Source: Tubiluchus corallicola
Lineage: Eukaryota; Animalia; Priapulida
Reading direction: 5' to 3'
Assembly (NCBI GenBank): GCA_030141605.1
Contig: JAQGDQ010000045.1
Span: forward strand, 496,001-560,000
DNA length: 64,000 bases
A program made the translations under genes and the position numbers. Below, in pieces: positions 52,001 to 64,000 of this stretch. The first letter of the stretch is position 1, and each line of letters opens with the position of its first letter. The notes below the pieces were generated by a model that was not told the DNA's origin, did no database searches, and worked only from the letters and a program-made list of their open reading frames with translations.

Positions 52001-54656
52001 GACTGGTTACAAAAATGAAAAATTTTGCATGAATATAAAATACTAATTATCAACACATCCTGTTGCAGATTACCTGGTTGAAGAAGCAGTTGTTTCCACT
52101 GTTCTAAAGCAAGCTCAACTACCTGTCTGGGATTGGGAAACATGCAGGACTGCTACGTTTCTTCACAGACTCTTCCTCACCGAGAATATGTTCTGTGTGG
52201 GAGGAACTGGAGGTCACGGAACATGCAAGGCAAGGAATAGTTTAATGATCTCGTTGCTACCCGTATCATGCTGTAAGAAGCAAAATAACCACTAGTTTGG
52301 TTCCTATCACATTCTAAATCCCTATTTCCTATTGTTATGTATCTCAAAGGACACTTTTTAGAACATACCCGTTTAAAGGACAACAACCTTTTATTTACAC
52401 AAAGCGAAAAATTCGTCTTGAAATTTTGCACCACTTTCATACTGCCTTATTGTGCACAGAACTTGTATTAGCAGCAACGCTGTGTAAAACTTGTAAATTT
52501 AAAGGGGGAATATCACCAAAATTAAGTTGAGCTTGAATAACTCGAGATTATATTGTGAATTACATACCTCATTCTTGACGAAAATTTCATGTTTAAGAAT
52601 CCTTGGCAAAAGTTCGGATAAAATTGTACACAAAGCGAACATTTGACTATTCCGCCATTGAGCTTGTATCTGGCGCCTCCGCCTCTGGTGGCGAAATTGC
52701 CGTATTGCAGATGAAACTTGGTAAAATGCCCAAGGGGAGAACGATATACGCAACACTTGTTTGAGTATTTGTTTACATCGACAAATAGCGTTCAGCATAC
52801 GGTACTTTACGCAGTTTATACCTAGTGACGGTATCACGGTAAACTTTAAGTTTATTGTGAAATGAAGGCGTGATTTGCTCAGTTTCGGTATTGATTGTTT
52901 TTATTGAAAAACGGTCGTGGAATGTGTTACACTAGGATTCAGCAATTAGACGGTATGCAACAGTCTTCAAAAATAGTTCAATTTTTTCACCGGAAGAGGC
53001 GTAAGTGCAGCTCCATGGCGTTTCCCTTGAGATACAAAAAAGTTAATTACTAATTAATTAGACAACGTACTTCTAAAAAAATTTCGCCAACTTGTTCCCG
53101 GGGAAAGCAACTACAAAATAAGTTTAACTCGATTTTCATGATATTCCCCCTTTAAACTCCCGTAATCAACCGTCAGGCGTGTGAGGCAAGTTTAGATAAC
53201 ATTACGTGAAATTTGAAAAAAATAATCAGACTATTCGCAGAGCACGCAAGTTAAGCAAAATATAAATTACTTTATCTTCTCAATAAGATTGAAGATATGT
53301 TTTTGGTGAGACAGTGGTGCACACTGGGAAGGTGAGTAAGTGACATTTTACCATGCAGTTAGCGCGAACATTTTAAGTTACTAAGAATTTTCTTTTCTAG
53401 TTGCACAAGTTTTTCAAGCAAGTAACATTACTTTGTTTAAAAAATTTTTCGGGACATAGTTTAACATCACTTTTAATACCTACGAGTTGCCATTAGTTAA
53501 TAGCATTAATGATATTAGTAACTGCATCATCCATGTGGTTGTTATATTGTGCAGCATGTGGCGACATTGAGCGATAAGTATAAAAAAAAATTATAAATTA
53601 GTATCTTGGTAATTTTTGCAATAAGAACGTGATATAGGCGTTTACAGACTACGTGTTTTGAGACTGATCTCAACCGTACTCAAACTCTATCCCTCTCGTG
53701 AAGCTTTTTCGTAAGGTGCTCTTAAACTTTACCAGGCATATATGTGTGAAAATGTATGTAATTTATTTGCCAACCGTTATTGCTATTACAAAACTGCAGC
53801 GTAGATATATAAATAATTTATATTAGTCCAACAGCAAGCTAAAATTCTTCATTACCACGTGACATCACTATAAATGGAATCTGGTGCGTATTTAAAATTT
53901 TAACTAAATGACACTTTGTTGCAAACGAGTCTATTATTTTTTACAACAAGGTTAATACTTTTATACCAAATTATAATATTGTAGGTATTGAAGGAAAACA
54001 TGGTAAACATTTCTGTACATATTCAACTTGATTAGCTACATCATTATTTGCAAATAGTGCATAAGCTCTAATGTGGAACAGAAAAGCTTAAAACTCATCT
54101 ATTAAACCCACAAACTAAAAATTAAGTCTTTACACAAAAAAGTTGCGAATTATCAAAAAGGCGCTCAAGTAGTTTTTGTGTTTAGATTTGCATTTATTTG
54201 GAAAGTTTTTAATTTTCTCCCGACCTTATTTTGTGGGAAAATGGAATTTTCTAAGGATAGTGAAGTTTATGTGAAAATGTGCATTCCAAAAAATTATTGT
54301 TAGGTCTTTTATTGACACCATCCTGTTTATGAGGGAAAGTAAAAAACCTAAATCTTATTATATTTTTTAGGTTCTTAACTAAAACATATAATACATAAAT
54401 AAAGCTTATATTTGTTTATTGTTATTTTTATTGACAGGGAGATTCAGGTGGTCCATTCAACTGTTTGTACAACGGTGTTTGGACCAACTTCGGCGCAACT
54501 TCTTGGGGTTTCGGCTGTGGACGTGACGACAATCCTGGCGTTTATGCAAAAGTATCCAGCTATACCGACTCTATTGAAAAACTTTTGGTAGAAAATCCAC
54601 CCAATGACGCACAGAAATTTGACGTTTGGGAGATAACCTGCTCCAAAAACCTGTAG
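49068..54656 (+). CDS. Secreted S1A (chymotrypsin-fold) serine protease, 312 aa
   Basis: Exons 49068-49134 (signal peptide MMRFCGYCIILLSFQTLVFAYS), 49596-49813, 50683-50813, 51105-51247, 52069-52229, 54438-54656; 939 nt in phase. Activation site K|IIGG, PGSWPWQ, and catalytic TAGHC, NDIAIL and CKGDSGGP. The last intron is GC-AG. Confidence 0.95.
52387..53400 (+). mobile_element. Non-autonomous Helitron-like repeat, copy 3 (protease last intron), split by a TTAA-specific insertion
   Basis: Halves 52387-52502 and 53152-53400 are contiguous in copy 2 (ATTTAAACTCCCG at 48001-48013). Ends CTAG|T. Confidence 0.65.
52503..53151. mobile_element. Non-autonomous TTAA-targeting DNA transposon (Kolobok-like termini), 649 bp
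   Basis: TTAA on both sides (52499-52502, 53152-53155). TIR AGGGGGAATATCA is perfect for 13 bp and imperfect to ~32 bp. Purine-purine termini favour Kolobok over piggyBac. Confidence 0.85.
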
Positions 54657-55315
54657 ATTTGAAAGGACCAATAGCAGTTTTCTGCCTTCTTGTGGCGAAT
54701 ATAATAATTATATTGTTGTTAGTTTTGGATCATTTCTTTTATTCCGTACATCGTGGTTGAAAAGTTAGCCAAATACCCCGCTTAGGTGTAGTAAGTGGGT
54801 ATTGGTAGATGAGTTATACCGGTAGCAGCGAGTAGGGTTTCTCTCTGAAGAGTTTAACTCTCAAGACACTCATACTTGTTTGACTGACACATTAATGATG
54901 CTCCAATCTTGTCATGTGATATTTTGTTAAGCTTATGATAGCGGATATTACATTATATGCTTTCAACCATTACTTTTTTAACTCGTCTGTTAAACTACCA
55001 ACTATGGTTCTAGTTAGAAAGTAACTAATGTAATTATGCAGCTGGTCGTTGTCGAAAGAATTGGAATATGTACATGCTGCGTTATATTCATTTGTTAAGC
55101 AAGGTTAAATGAGCGAAGTCTCAGTCATCATGTCATTTGCAGCTATTTGGCCACTTCTCGAAGACTTTATATTGCCCGTGTAGTTCCTCTTCAAAGTCCA
55201 AAATGTCGCAGGAAAACTCTGTAGGCTGTAGATGTTCCACATAATCCACAGGTATCTGCATCTGAATTTACGGTTGTTGCCTATTCCGAGTGCATGTGAA
55301 TATACTGTTAGGCGG

Positions 55316-55905
55316 ATCCTGTGTATGTTGGGTGGTTCATAACCTTTTGCTAGGTACAAAAACAACGAATAAGAGTACAAAACCATTTATTACATCATGT
55401 ATAGCTGAAGCAACACACAGTCTATCATGTCCTCAATATTTAGCGAGGAACGTGAGGAACGTGAGCATCTTGAGAAGTGTACCCGAGTGATGGCTCGGAG
55501 ATCCTGGCACTGTTTTTTTATCGAACTAAATGGCGTAGAAATTTATTTGATTTCAACCCCACCTAACACATGGAATTATTTGCAAAGACAGAGGGGAGGC
55601 TCCGAGAAAATGTCGTGCACTGATCAGCGTTCAAAAGTTAAGCTCGTGAAACATCTACAAGAAGTTTTGGAGGATCTTAAGCTGCTCGTAATCTCTTCGA
55701 GTCGTTGCTGCGACCATGTCACTCAAGATTACACACAGTGCGAGACGCATGAGGCTTCTATACTGAATATTCTACATACAATCATGTAGGCATCATACAA
55801 TCAATCTGCTGTTTCAGCAATAACCTGATGTGATAAATTGTTCTGTTACTCTTATTCGTTTTTATCGCGAGCAAAGGGTTAAGTACTACCAACTGTACTA
55901 AGGAT
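55316..55905. mobile_element. Old MITE-like element with ~80 bp diverged terminal inverted repeats
   Basis: The reverse complement of 55316-55397 (TGATGTAATAAATGGTTTTGTACTCTTATTCGTT...AGCAAAAGGTTA) aligns by eye with 55826-55905 (TGATGTGATAAATTGTTCTGTTACTCTTATTCGTT...AGCAAAGGGTTA). No TSD resolved. Confidence 0.6.
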
Positions 55906-55976
55906 AACGGTGGTTAATTGTACCCTAGGTTTTCGCGTTTCATATATTTTCCATACATTATGAAGTTTTTTTGCTT

Positions 55977-56020
<44 letters not shown>

Positions 56021-57385
56021 TCCGAGGGTATTGCTGGTTATCAAAATACGTGTTAAATACGCCAGAACTTCTCTAGAAATTAATGTCAAACTTCCCTGCA
56101 TTCTTTCCCACATCTCTCATACTGGGTAGCGGAATAGTGTTGAGATGGTGAAACACACCTGCCCGTATTGCTACTGAACCGCCGAACCATTACCTGCGAG
56201 TGCCCACACGCAATAGCTTCGTAATGGACAGAGCTATTACAATATAGAGGTGAGGGAGAGTGAAGATAAATGGCTTTTCGTTACAATATCGACTGAGCTA
56301 TACTCTTCGTAAAATAGTTAATAGTTTTTATTTAAATAATCTTGTAGGAAAATAAGTAAGTAGAGATGTTACAGATGGTTTACAATTTCAAGAATTACCC
56401 ACATTTATTACATCATGTATAGCTGAAGCAACACACAGTCTATCATGTCCTCAATATTTAGCGAGGAACGTGAGGAACGTGAGCATCTTGAGAAGTGTAC
56501 CCGAGTGATGGCTCGGAGATCCTGGCACTGTTTTTTATCGAACTAAATGGCGTAGAAATTTATTTGATTTCAACCCCACCTAACACATGGAATTATTTGC
56601 AAAGACAGAGGGGAGGCTCCGAGAAAATGTCGTGCACTGATCAGCGTTCAAAAGTTAAGCTCGTGAAACATCTACAAGAAGTTTTGGAGGATCTTAAGCT
56701 GCTCGTAATCTCTTCGAGTCGTTGCTGCGACCATGTCACTCAAGATTACACACAGTGCGAGAGGCATGAGGCTTCTATACTGAATATTCTACATACAATC
56801 ATGTAGGCATCATACAATCAATCTGCTGTTTCAGCAATAACCTGATGTGATAAATTGTTCTGTTACTCTTATTCGTTTTTATCACGAGCAAAGGGTTAAG
56901 TACTACCAACTGTACTAAGGATAACGGTGGTTAATTGTACCCTAGGTTTTCGCGTTTCATATATTTTCCATACATTATGAAGTTTTTTTGCTTTATATAT
57001 ATATATATGTTTCCGAGGGTATTGCTGGTTATCAAAATACGTGTTAAATACGCCAGAACTTCTCTAGAAATTAATGTCAAACTTCCCTGCATTCTTTCCC
57101 ACATCTCTCCTACTGGGTAGCGGAATAGTGTTGAGATGGTGAAACACACCTGCCCGTATTGCTACTGAACCGCCGAACCATTACCTGCGAGTGCCCACAC
57201 GCAATAGCTTCGTAATGCACAGAGCTATTACAATATAGAGGTGAGGGAGAGTGAAGATAAATGGCTTTTCGTTACAATATCGACTGAGCTATACTCTTCG
57301 TAAAATAGTTAATCGTTTTTATTTAAATAATCTTGTAGGAAAATAAGTAAGTAGAGATGTTACAGATGGTTTACAATTTCAAGAA
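55384..57385 (+). repeat. Direct tandem duplication of ~1 kb (55384-56394 and 56402-57385)
   Basis: Copies are nearly identical: about five substitutions seen by eye plus a shorter (TA)n tract in copy 2. A 7-nt filler TTACCCA sits at the junction. Confidence 0.96.
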
Positions 57386-59160
57386 CATTTTAAACAAATT
57401 AGATTACTACATTTAGAAAGGTATAAAATGAACAGAACAGAGAAAATTTATAGTGAAACTGACTAATAACGATAACGATAATAAGTAAAAAGTTATAATA
57501 GATTATTATAATGCATGTTTCTTTATTAAAAAAATCTAATTTTAAGTAAAAACATACATTAATTACAGAATTTAGAAATTAATCTGAAAAAATAACTAAA
57601 TGTAAAAATACGTTTCACAAAGTTTGTTTAAAATTGTAAGCGGAAATGACCAAACAAAGTGTAATATTGTAGGATAATTGTAGAACAATTTAAAATGCAA
57701 TACCTCGCAAATTCACACAAACGATATATTTATATCTAATATACACTCTAGACGCCAACAGATATTTCTGACTGATATAATACTTAGGTACTTATAAATA
57801 TTATATACTTATATAAGCCCCTGATCGCCTACAACACTATAGTACAAATTAGAGTAATTTTAAGATGTAACACCAACTTGAACTTTTAATGTATAAATAA
57901 TGTATAATATACATAAATTCTTTGGCAATGTTCACATCACAGTTCACAACATATATATAAATTACACAGTATAGAACTTAAAAATATGGCCCTAGAAATA
58001 CTTTTGTAGGAAAAATATATGAAAACGGTGATTTGTAATTTGCCCTGTTTGGTCGTAAACTTAGGCTTTCATCTGTTCTAATATTTTAAGGAGAAACCGA
58101 CGTACATCAACTTAGCTGTTCAACCAAAGAATTAATAAATACAAGGGTAAGGAATAATAGGTTTGAAAAACATCAGCGGAGATTTGGGAAATAGCTGAAA
58201 GTAAAGTGAGAATTTGGAATAACAACTTTATGCGTATTACACACATGCGTTGTGCGTTGTTTTGTTTAGAACTAGATTTTCCTGGTACACAGAGTAAATT
58301 AGAATACTTAATGTCTTCACAACATAGTGAAAGGTAGTTAGTGAATCAGCCACTTAGTTTGTGGATTAGTTGGTCGGCTGGATAGTGAGCTGGTCGGTCA
58401 GCCAGTCAGTCAGTTTTTATCGCTTTTAAAAGCATTTTTCCGCAGGCAGGTTCAGCCCATAATGGCTGCACAAGACAATTAGCAACAGGTACAAAGCATT
58501 TACTCTATTTCGAATTCTGCTGGAAATTACTGTGTAACACAGTGACAGCAGTCTAGTTAAAATTGTCAGCAAACTAGTAATAATATTTGCGAATATTTAT
58601 AGCCGCTCAGGTACAAATACGGCTTGCAATTTGCTAAAAAATGTTTCAATTCTCTTGAAAGTGATTTCATTCAATTCGTTTAATGGTGCGCCATTATCAT
58701 TAATTTACTGCTATAACAATATATTGCCAATCCGCTGTACACAACCAAAACATATTGGGAAATTTTTTTGTCTCAGAGTAATAGAAATAGAATGAATATT
58801 TGTTCACGCGTAACTGTTATTACACGGTAAGAAAATGTACTTAATTACTTGGTAATTTTTTCACCAAATAAAAATAGAATGAATCTTAGATTTAGGTAAC
58901 TCTTTGCAAAGTTTGAAACTGTAATAATTTTTTTTTAGTAACAGCTATTTACAATAGCGCTTTCAGTAGTGCCCTTATAAAGGTACGTAGACCACTTAAT
59001 GTAATGGTCACCCAATTTGTCACAGTGCTGTTAGTGTAAACAGCATGTGCGCATGAGGCATTAATAATCTCGCAGGGGCTTTTATAATCTGAAAGCGTAT
59101 TAGTAGGAACAGTAGATAAAACAAAAATATATTAAAGATGCAGGAAACGGATTTGCAGTT

Positions 59161-59375
59161 TTATTCTTGTCCATGTTTAGCAAGCGCAAGCAGCACCATT
59201 GTCAGCTCAGCTTTGTTAATTTTCCCATCATGATTTACATCAGCCTGCATTATAACCTCTTTGAATTCCTGTAAATCCTCCGTATCGTAATCCTGCTGAA
59301 GAATAAACATGAAGTTATTTCAACGGGGAAACTGACGTAAGTGAGAAAGGCGAGAGAGAGAACGAGAAAGAAAGT

Positions 59376-59426
<51 letters not shown>

Positions 59427-62278
59427 GGAGAAAGGGGGAGAATGATGAAGGGGGTTTTTGTAAATTATTTTCTTACAAATGTTGGTACAAATTGATACAT
59501 TTTTCCTATATATATATATACTGTTAAATTTAACAAGCAAGCTTACCTCTTTTGCAAGTTCCAGTAGATCTTTCAAGAAGCCATGAATTTCTTCTTCTTC
59601 GATATACCCATTCTGATCCTAGAAACGGAACGCACTAAAATTAGCAAGGATTTTACAAAAACTGTGGATGCAACTACTTTCAGATTTCGACTGGCTTTCT
59701 AGAGTACACCCGTAAAGTAACACATGTGTAGCCCTAGAGTACATCCCAGAAAAAGTAAAACTAGGTGGTGATTTAATATAGAATCTTTAGTATAAATTTA
59801 TATATAGATTTTCTCATAATGTAAACTTAATCAGATAAGTTTTCATAATCTAAATTTTGTATAATTCTTGCTTACAAGTATAAGATTTCCATTTTTAATT
59901 AGAGGCTGAATAAGTTTCGAAAGCAAATGCAAATTAAAAGCATAAACCTATCAATAGAGCCTAAATTTTAACTCAATTCATTTAAATGAATACACTCACT
60001 CTGTCATAAAAGTTAAAAACACTTTCAATGTCTTCTTTTGATAACTGAGACGGTCCTTTAAATACTTGCCGACAAAGGAAGTTTTCTTTCACTGGAAGCA
60101 GCCTACAATAAATATAGTTTTATTATGACATAATCATCGGCATCATCATCATCATCATCACCATCGTCATCATCCTCATCTTTATCATGATCGTCGTCGT
60201 CGTTGTCGTCACCATCATTAGTGTCTTAGTCATCATTGTCATTTTTATCATCATTATTGCTAATGTCACCACCAACACTGTCACTTCAAACAGTAATCAT
60301 TCACATTGATATATGATGCGTGCGGAAATACAAGAACTTTTGCATAGAAGCAAAACAGTTACCTATTATGAATGTGACCAGAACTGAAACTTACTTTGCC
60401 ATTTCACTTAATTGTAACTTTCCATCTCTGTTTGTATCGAATAACTGCAACTGAAAAGAAAAAAAGTAAATAAAATTTCAGTCAATACACTAACTACTGA
60501 GCAACAGATATTACAATTGATATACTGTATGTATGATATATATAGTATATCATACATACAGTATATCAATTGTAATACCTGTATATATATATAGTACACA
60601 AGTAAGTATATAAACAAATGGAAAATGCAGAAGAACCCAAACCATATTCAAAGGGCATCCAAAAAAGGAAAAGAATCACTCAAAAATTCAGGGTTGGAAA
60701 ATAACTAAAGCTCAATGTTGCAGCGAGTTCGCAAGATTCCGTTTACGTACATTACCTTTACAGCAATGATCGATTAATTTTTAACGAAGTTGCTTTTTAT
60801 AGTTTATGACAGCTAATGACAGGGAGTTCCGTAACCTGAATGATGACTAACTCTCTAAAGGAACGCCTCCTCGTGCAGCGAACGCTCCAGAAGCCTTAGA
60901 ATTCTAAGAATTGCTTAAAAGAATTCAGCGTAAAGTGTCAGTACTAAAACACTTTTAATGACATATTGTTCCACTGAATTATACGTCTACTAATGTTAAA
61001 TTTAATAATTGGCTTTTAGTGTTCTATTTTATTTATTTATTTATTTATTTATTCCGCGTAACCCGGTAGTACAAAAAAGCATTTATGTACAAAGATAAGA
61101 AGTTAAAACAACTAAAAATATATTGGAAATCTAAAAATTTAGTATGGCACAGATGACAGCAGAATTAAAATCATTCAGTATTAGCTATAAAAATATATAT
61201 TTAATAGACTGAAGGTATAAACGACGGTTAAGGCTGAAACACGTGTAATCAGTTGACGTTTGAATGACGTCAAATGACGTCATTCATCCTGAAGAAAAGT
61301 AGAGCTCAGTCAGTCTTCACCAAAAGTATAATAATGTTCACAAAAATGGTAATTTTTGTGTCAACATTAACTAAGCTGCGAAAGTTTGAATTAATTTAAG
61401 CAGCGCGCTTACAAAAAGCCACGACGCACTTACGAAAAGTTACGAAGTCTCCTGGTTAAAGGAAAACCGGATGATTGTAAAATACGAGTTCAGAATAAGG
61501 AATGCTCTAAAATATCGAAAACCACAATAGCCTATTTTAAATCAAAGCTTAGATTAAATAATAATTACCTCGGTACTCAAATTTCGTTAAACTTTCAGAA
61601 CTACGCGCGGTACAGTGAATCTAGGCAGCGGCGTCTTTTTGTCACATTCGCGTGGCCGACAAATTGAAGGCGGTACCGTGATAAGCATGATCATGAACTG
61701 CAGTGTTAGTTTCTAACGTCATATGATCTAGAGCCCATTTTTCGTGAAATTATGCGTTTAAGCAGTACTGTACACCTATGCAAATTTGCTTGACGCCCAA
61801 GGGAAGACGCCTGGCATTGCACAAACTGTAGTTAGTTTCTGACGCAAGCAATAACTGTGTTCGGTTGCCGTTAATTAACTTTCTAAACTAATTATTCAAA
61901 TATAAGGAACAATTGTTAACTTTTATAGGCAAGAGAATGTATATTTTGGACAGTTAATTAAAGTGATATTGAGTCTAAACAATCGTCCGGTCTTCCTCTA
62001 AGTCATAATTTTCAAGTGAATGGCGGCAATCTATTCAGAGGTAGTAAATTTTAAATTTATGCTTTAGAGACAGTTTTTTGTTATATTTTTCTAAGTTTAA
62101 GTTATAACAGTAAAATAAACCCATCATGCTGTGTGACTTGTTCTTTCCTTTAAAATAAATCCGGGGCCAATAGCCGCATTATTGCAATAATGCCACTTAC
62201 CAAGGTGTCGGTATATTCTACTAACTTCTCTTCTGATACGTTTCGTTTAAATTCTCCCAAAAGATCTTTAAGAAACTC
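59161..62278 (-). CDS. Calbindin-32 / calretinin / secretagogin-family hexa-EF-hand protein, 3' part (upstream exons not found in the window)
   Basis: Exons 62278-62201, 60450-60395, 60102-60000, 59618-59547, 59295(or 59292)-59161; all in phase. Protein: EFLKDLLGEFKRNVSEEKLVEYTDTL|LQLFDTNRDGKLQLSEMAK|LLPVKENFLCRQVFKG...VFNFYDR|DQNGYIEEEEIHGFLKDLLELAKE|QDYD...DVNHDGKINKAELTMVLLALAKHGQE*. Closely resembles recalled Drosophila Cbp53E. Confidence 0.94.
59380..59425 (+). repeat. (GA)n microsatellite in calbindin intron
   Basis: Directly visible. Confidence 0.9.
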
Positions 62279-62733
62279 CTGCAAAACAATTGTTTATTTA
62301 GAGTGCATTTATCTAAACCAACAGTAATCAAAACAGTCGGATTTTTAGTTCTCTCATGCAAAGAAAACCTTCATTATAGACTTCAGAGGCATGCATGAAA
62401 TCCATTACTACTACAAACGCAATTAATGTCAGATCAAAAGGCTGTTTTCATTACGTTCTCATCATACGAACTGAGTCTTGTTAAAAGAGCTCTTGTTCAA
62501 AAAGACGTGTACGTAAAGCTCAATCGCTTGTTAATATAATGCATCGATGACGAAAGTAATTGCACTGCGTTGCAGGTATGTCAGAAACATAATTCATTTC
62601 AAGTCATATCTGCAACAAACAAGTATTTCACAAATGACTACGAGGAGTACAATAACTTCTCTGAAGGTTATATGGTTGTGACAGCGGCAGTATGTCTGTA
62701 GCCCTCAGCTTTAGCTAATAAATATAAAAAGTC

Positions 62734-62860
62734 GCTATAGTATTAGATGCTGAACGATGATTATATAGCATACTTGCTATAGTATTAGATGCTAAACGAT
62801 GATTATATAGCATACTTGCTATAGTATTAGATGCTAAACGATGATTATATAGCATACTTG
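62734..62860 (+). repeat. 42-bp minisatellite, three copies
   Basis: Unit GCTATAGTATTAGATGCT(G/A)AACGATGATTATATAGCATACTT repeated three times. Confidence 0.95.
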
Positions 62861-64000
62861 TCATTTCTCATACTTAGCAATTTATGATAAGACGTTTTCT
62901 CGCTTATTATGTATGGTCTCATTAAATATAATTTTATTTTTGTTGGATAAATATTATGATATTACATTTGTAATAAACAAGCCTGTATCCTGTGAATCTT
63001 TCACGAGCCAAAAACCTGTTGCGCCGTCCCCATAGAAAAATCAGTAAAGTAAAATCGTAAAATTCTTTGCACCCTAGAAATTTCCAGTCACTAACATACA
63101 TCCAGTCAGGCGTGCCTCATCAGAAATAATACACTGGAATAATTTTTAACTGATAACAATGAAACAATAAATAAAAAATTATTCTTCAGCATTTTGCTTA
63201 ATGAATTAAATTTTTGTAGTTGAAGGGGTATTATGATAAAGTGTTGCTGCAACTTCCTTGAGGCAAAACCGAACCCAATCTTAAACTGCAAGTCAAAATA
63301 ATTTAGTTTTTAGTTTTTTCTTTTTTTTAGTTCTGTGGTCTTACCGTATTTTAACTCTGCAGAGCCGACGAGCCATCCGGGAGGACAGGCTAATAGATTA
63401 TTATTATCATTAGTATCTACTCTTTAGAATATTGAAAGGCAACATACTATTTTTTCAAGAATGCCTTACTTGAAAGAATTATTACCGTACAAATGGACAT
63501 TTCGCGTTCACGCCACTAGCTCTTCGCTATATACGGGCGGGCACTAGCGCCTGTATTTCGAAAACGCGTTGCACAAAAAGCAGGTGGCGAACCTCTCAGT
63601 TCAGATGTGTTCGTTTCTGACACACGTTTGACAACTGAGCACAGCAGTAAATTTGAAACTTTAATTTTTATCTTAAAGCTTGCAGAGTTTTATTACAACA
63701 CATTGAATCTCTTACAGTACTGCACTTCAATTTTCTCTTTACATGCAACACGCTCGTATTTTTGCTGTTGAAAATTATGTTCGCTTGTGATGTGTTCAAT
63801 AGCTGGTGGGCTCGCCCGCCGTTAATTAAGATTTTAATCTATCATTTAACTATCAGAAACGCTTTTGCAGTATCATTGGTGTTAAAATGTATACTTTCTA
63901 CGTATTTGAAAATGGGATGGTATGTGAAAAATCTTTCTTTAAGTCAAACAGCGTCTTCTGATTTTTCTGAGTCTTAAACTTCACGTATTCATGAATTCCA

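Noticed and set aside
55427-56806. 120-aa and 103-aa ORFs in the tandem duplication
   Set aside because: They lie inside a decayed MITE-like element, show no recognisable domain and have no splice evidence.
62734-62860. CRISPR-like array
   Set aside because: No unique spacers, no cas genes, eukaryotic context; it is a plain tandem repeat.
63975-64000. Minus-strand EFMN resembling calbindin VEFMK
   Set aside because: Too short, no in-phase donor, and the intervening EF-hand exon was not found in 62279-63975.

Overview
AT-rich, intron-rich animal genomic DNA, probably from an invertebrate bilaterian. Most ORF-track entries are microsatellite or antisense noise. Splicing by hand gives seven protein-coding loci: ORC3 (minus, runs off the left edge); a single-coding-exon TFPT/Amida-coiled-coil plus HMG-box gene nested on the SAME strand inside the first ORC3 coding intron; a two-exon 279-aa orphan; a five-finger odd-skipped-related (Osr) gene; an intronless MGAT3; a secreted S1 serine protease with a GC-AG intron; and the 3' half of a calbindin-32-like gene (minus, runs off the right edge). 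MGAT3 is followed by a tandem pseudogene. The most striking non-genic structure is a ~3.5 kb foldback (two ~1.55 kb inverted arms around a spacer with a THAP-like remnant) directly upstream of the ORC3/TFPT 5' region. Other mobile DNA: a decayed CR1/L2-type LINE, pogo-, hAT- and Kolobok-type MITEs, three Helitron-like copies (two carrying nested insertions), Penelope-like hammerhead remnants, and a near-identical 1 kb tandem duplication. All calls come from manual reading and recalled family motifs; no database search or alignment was run.
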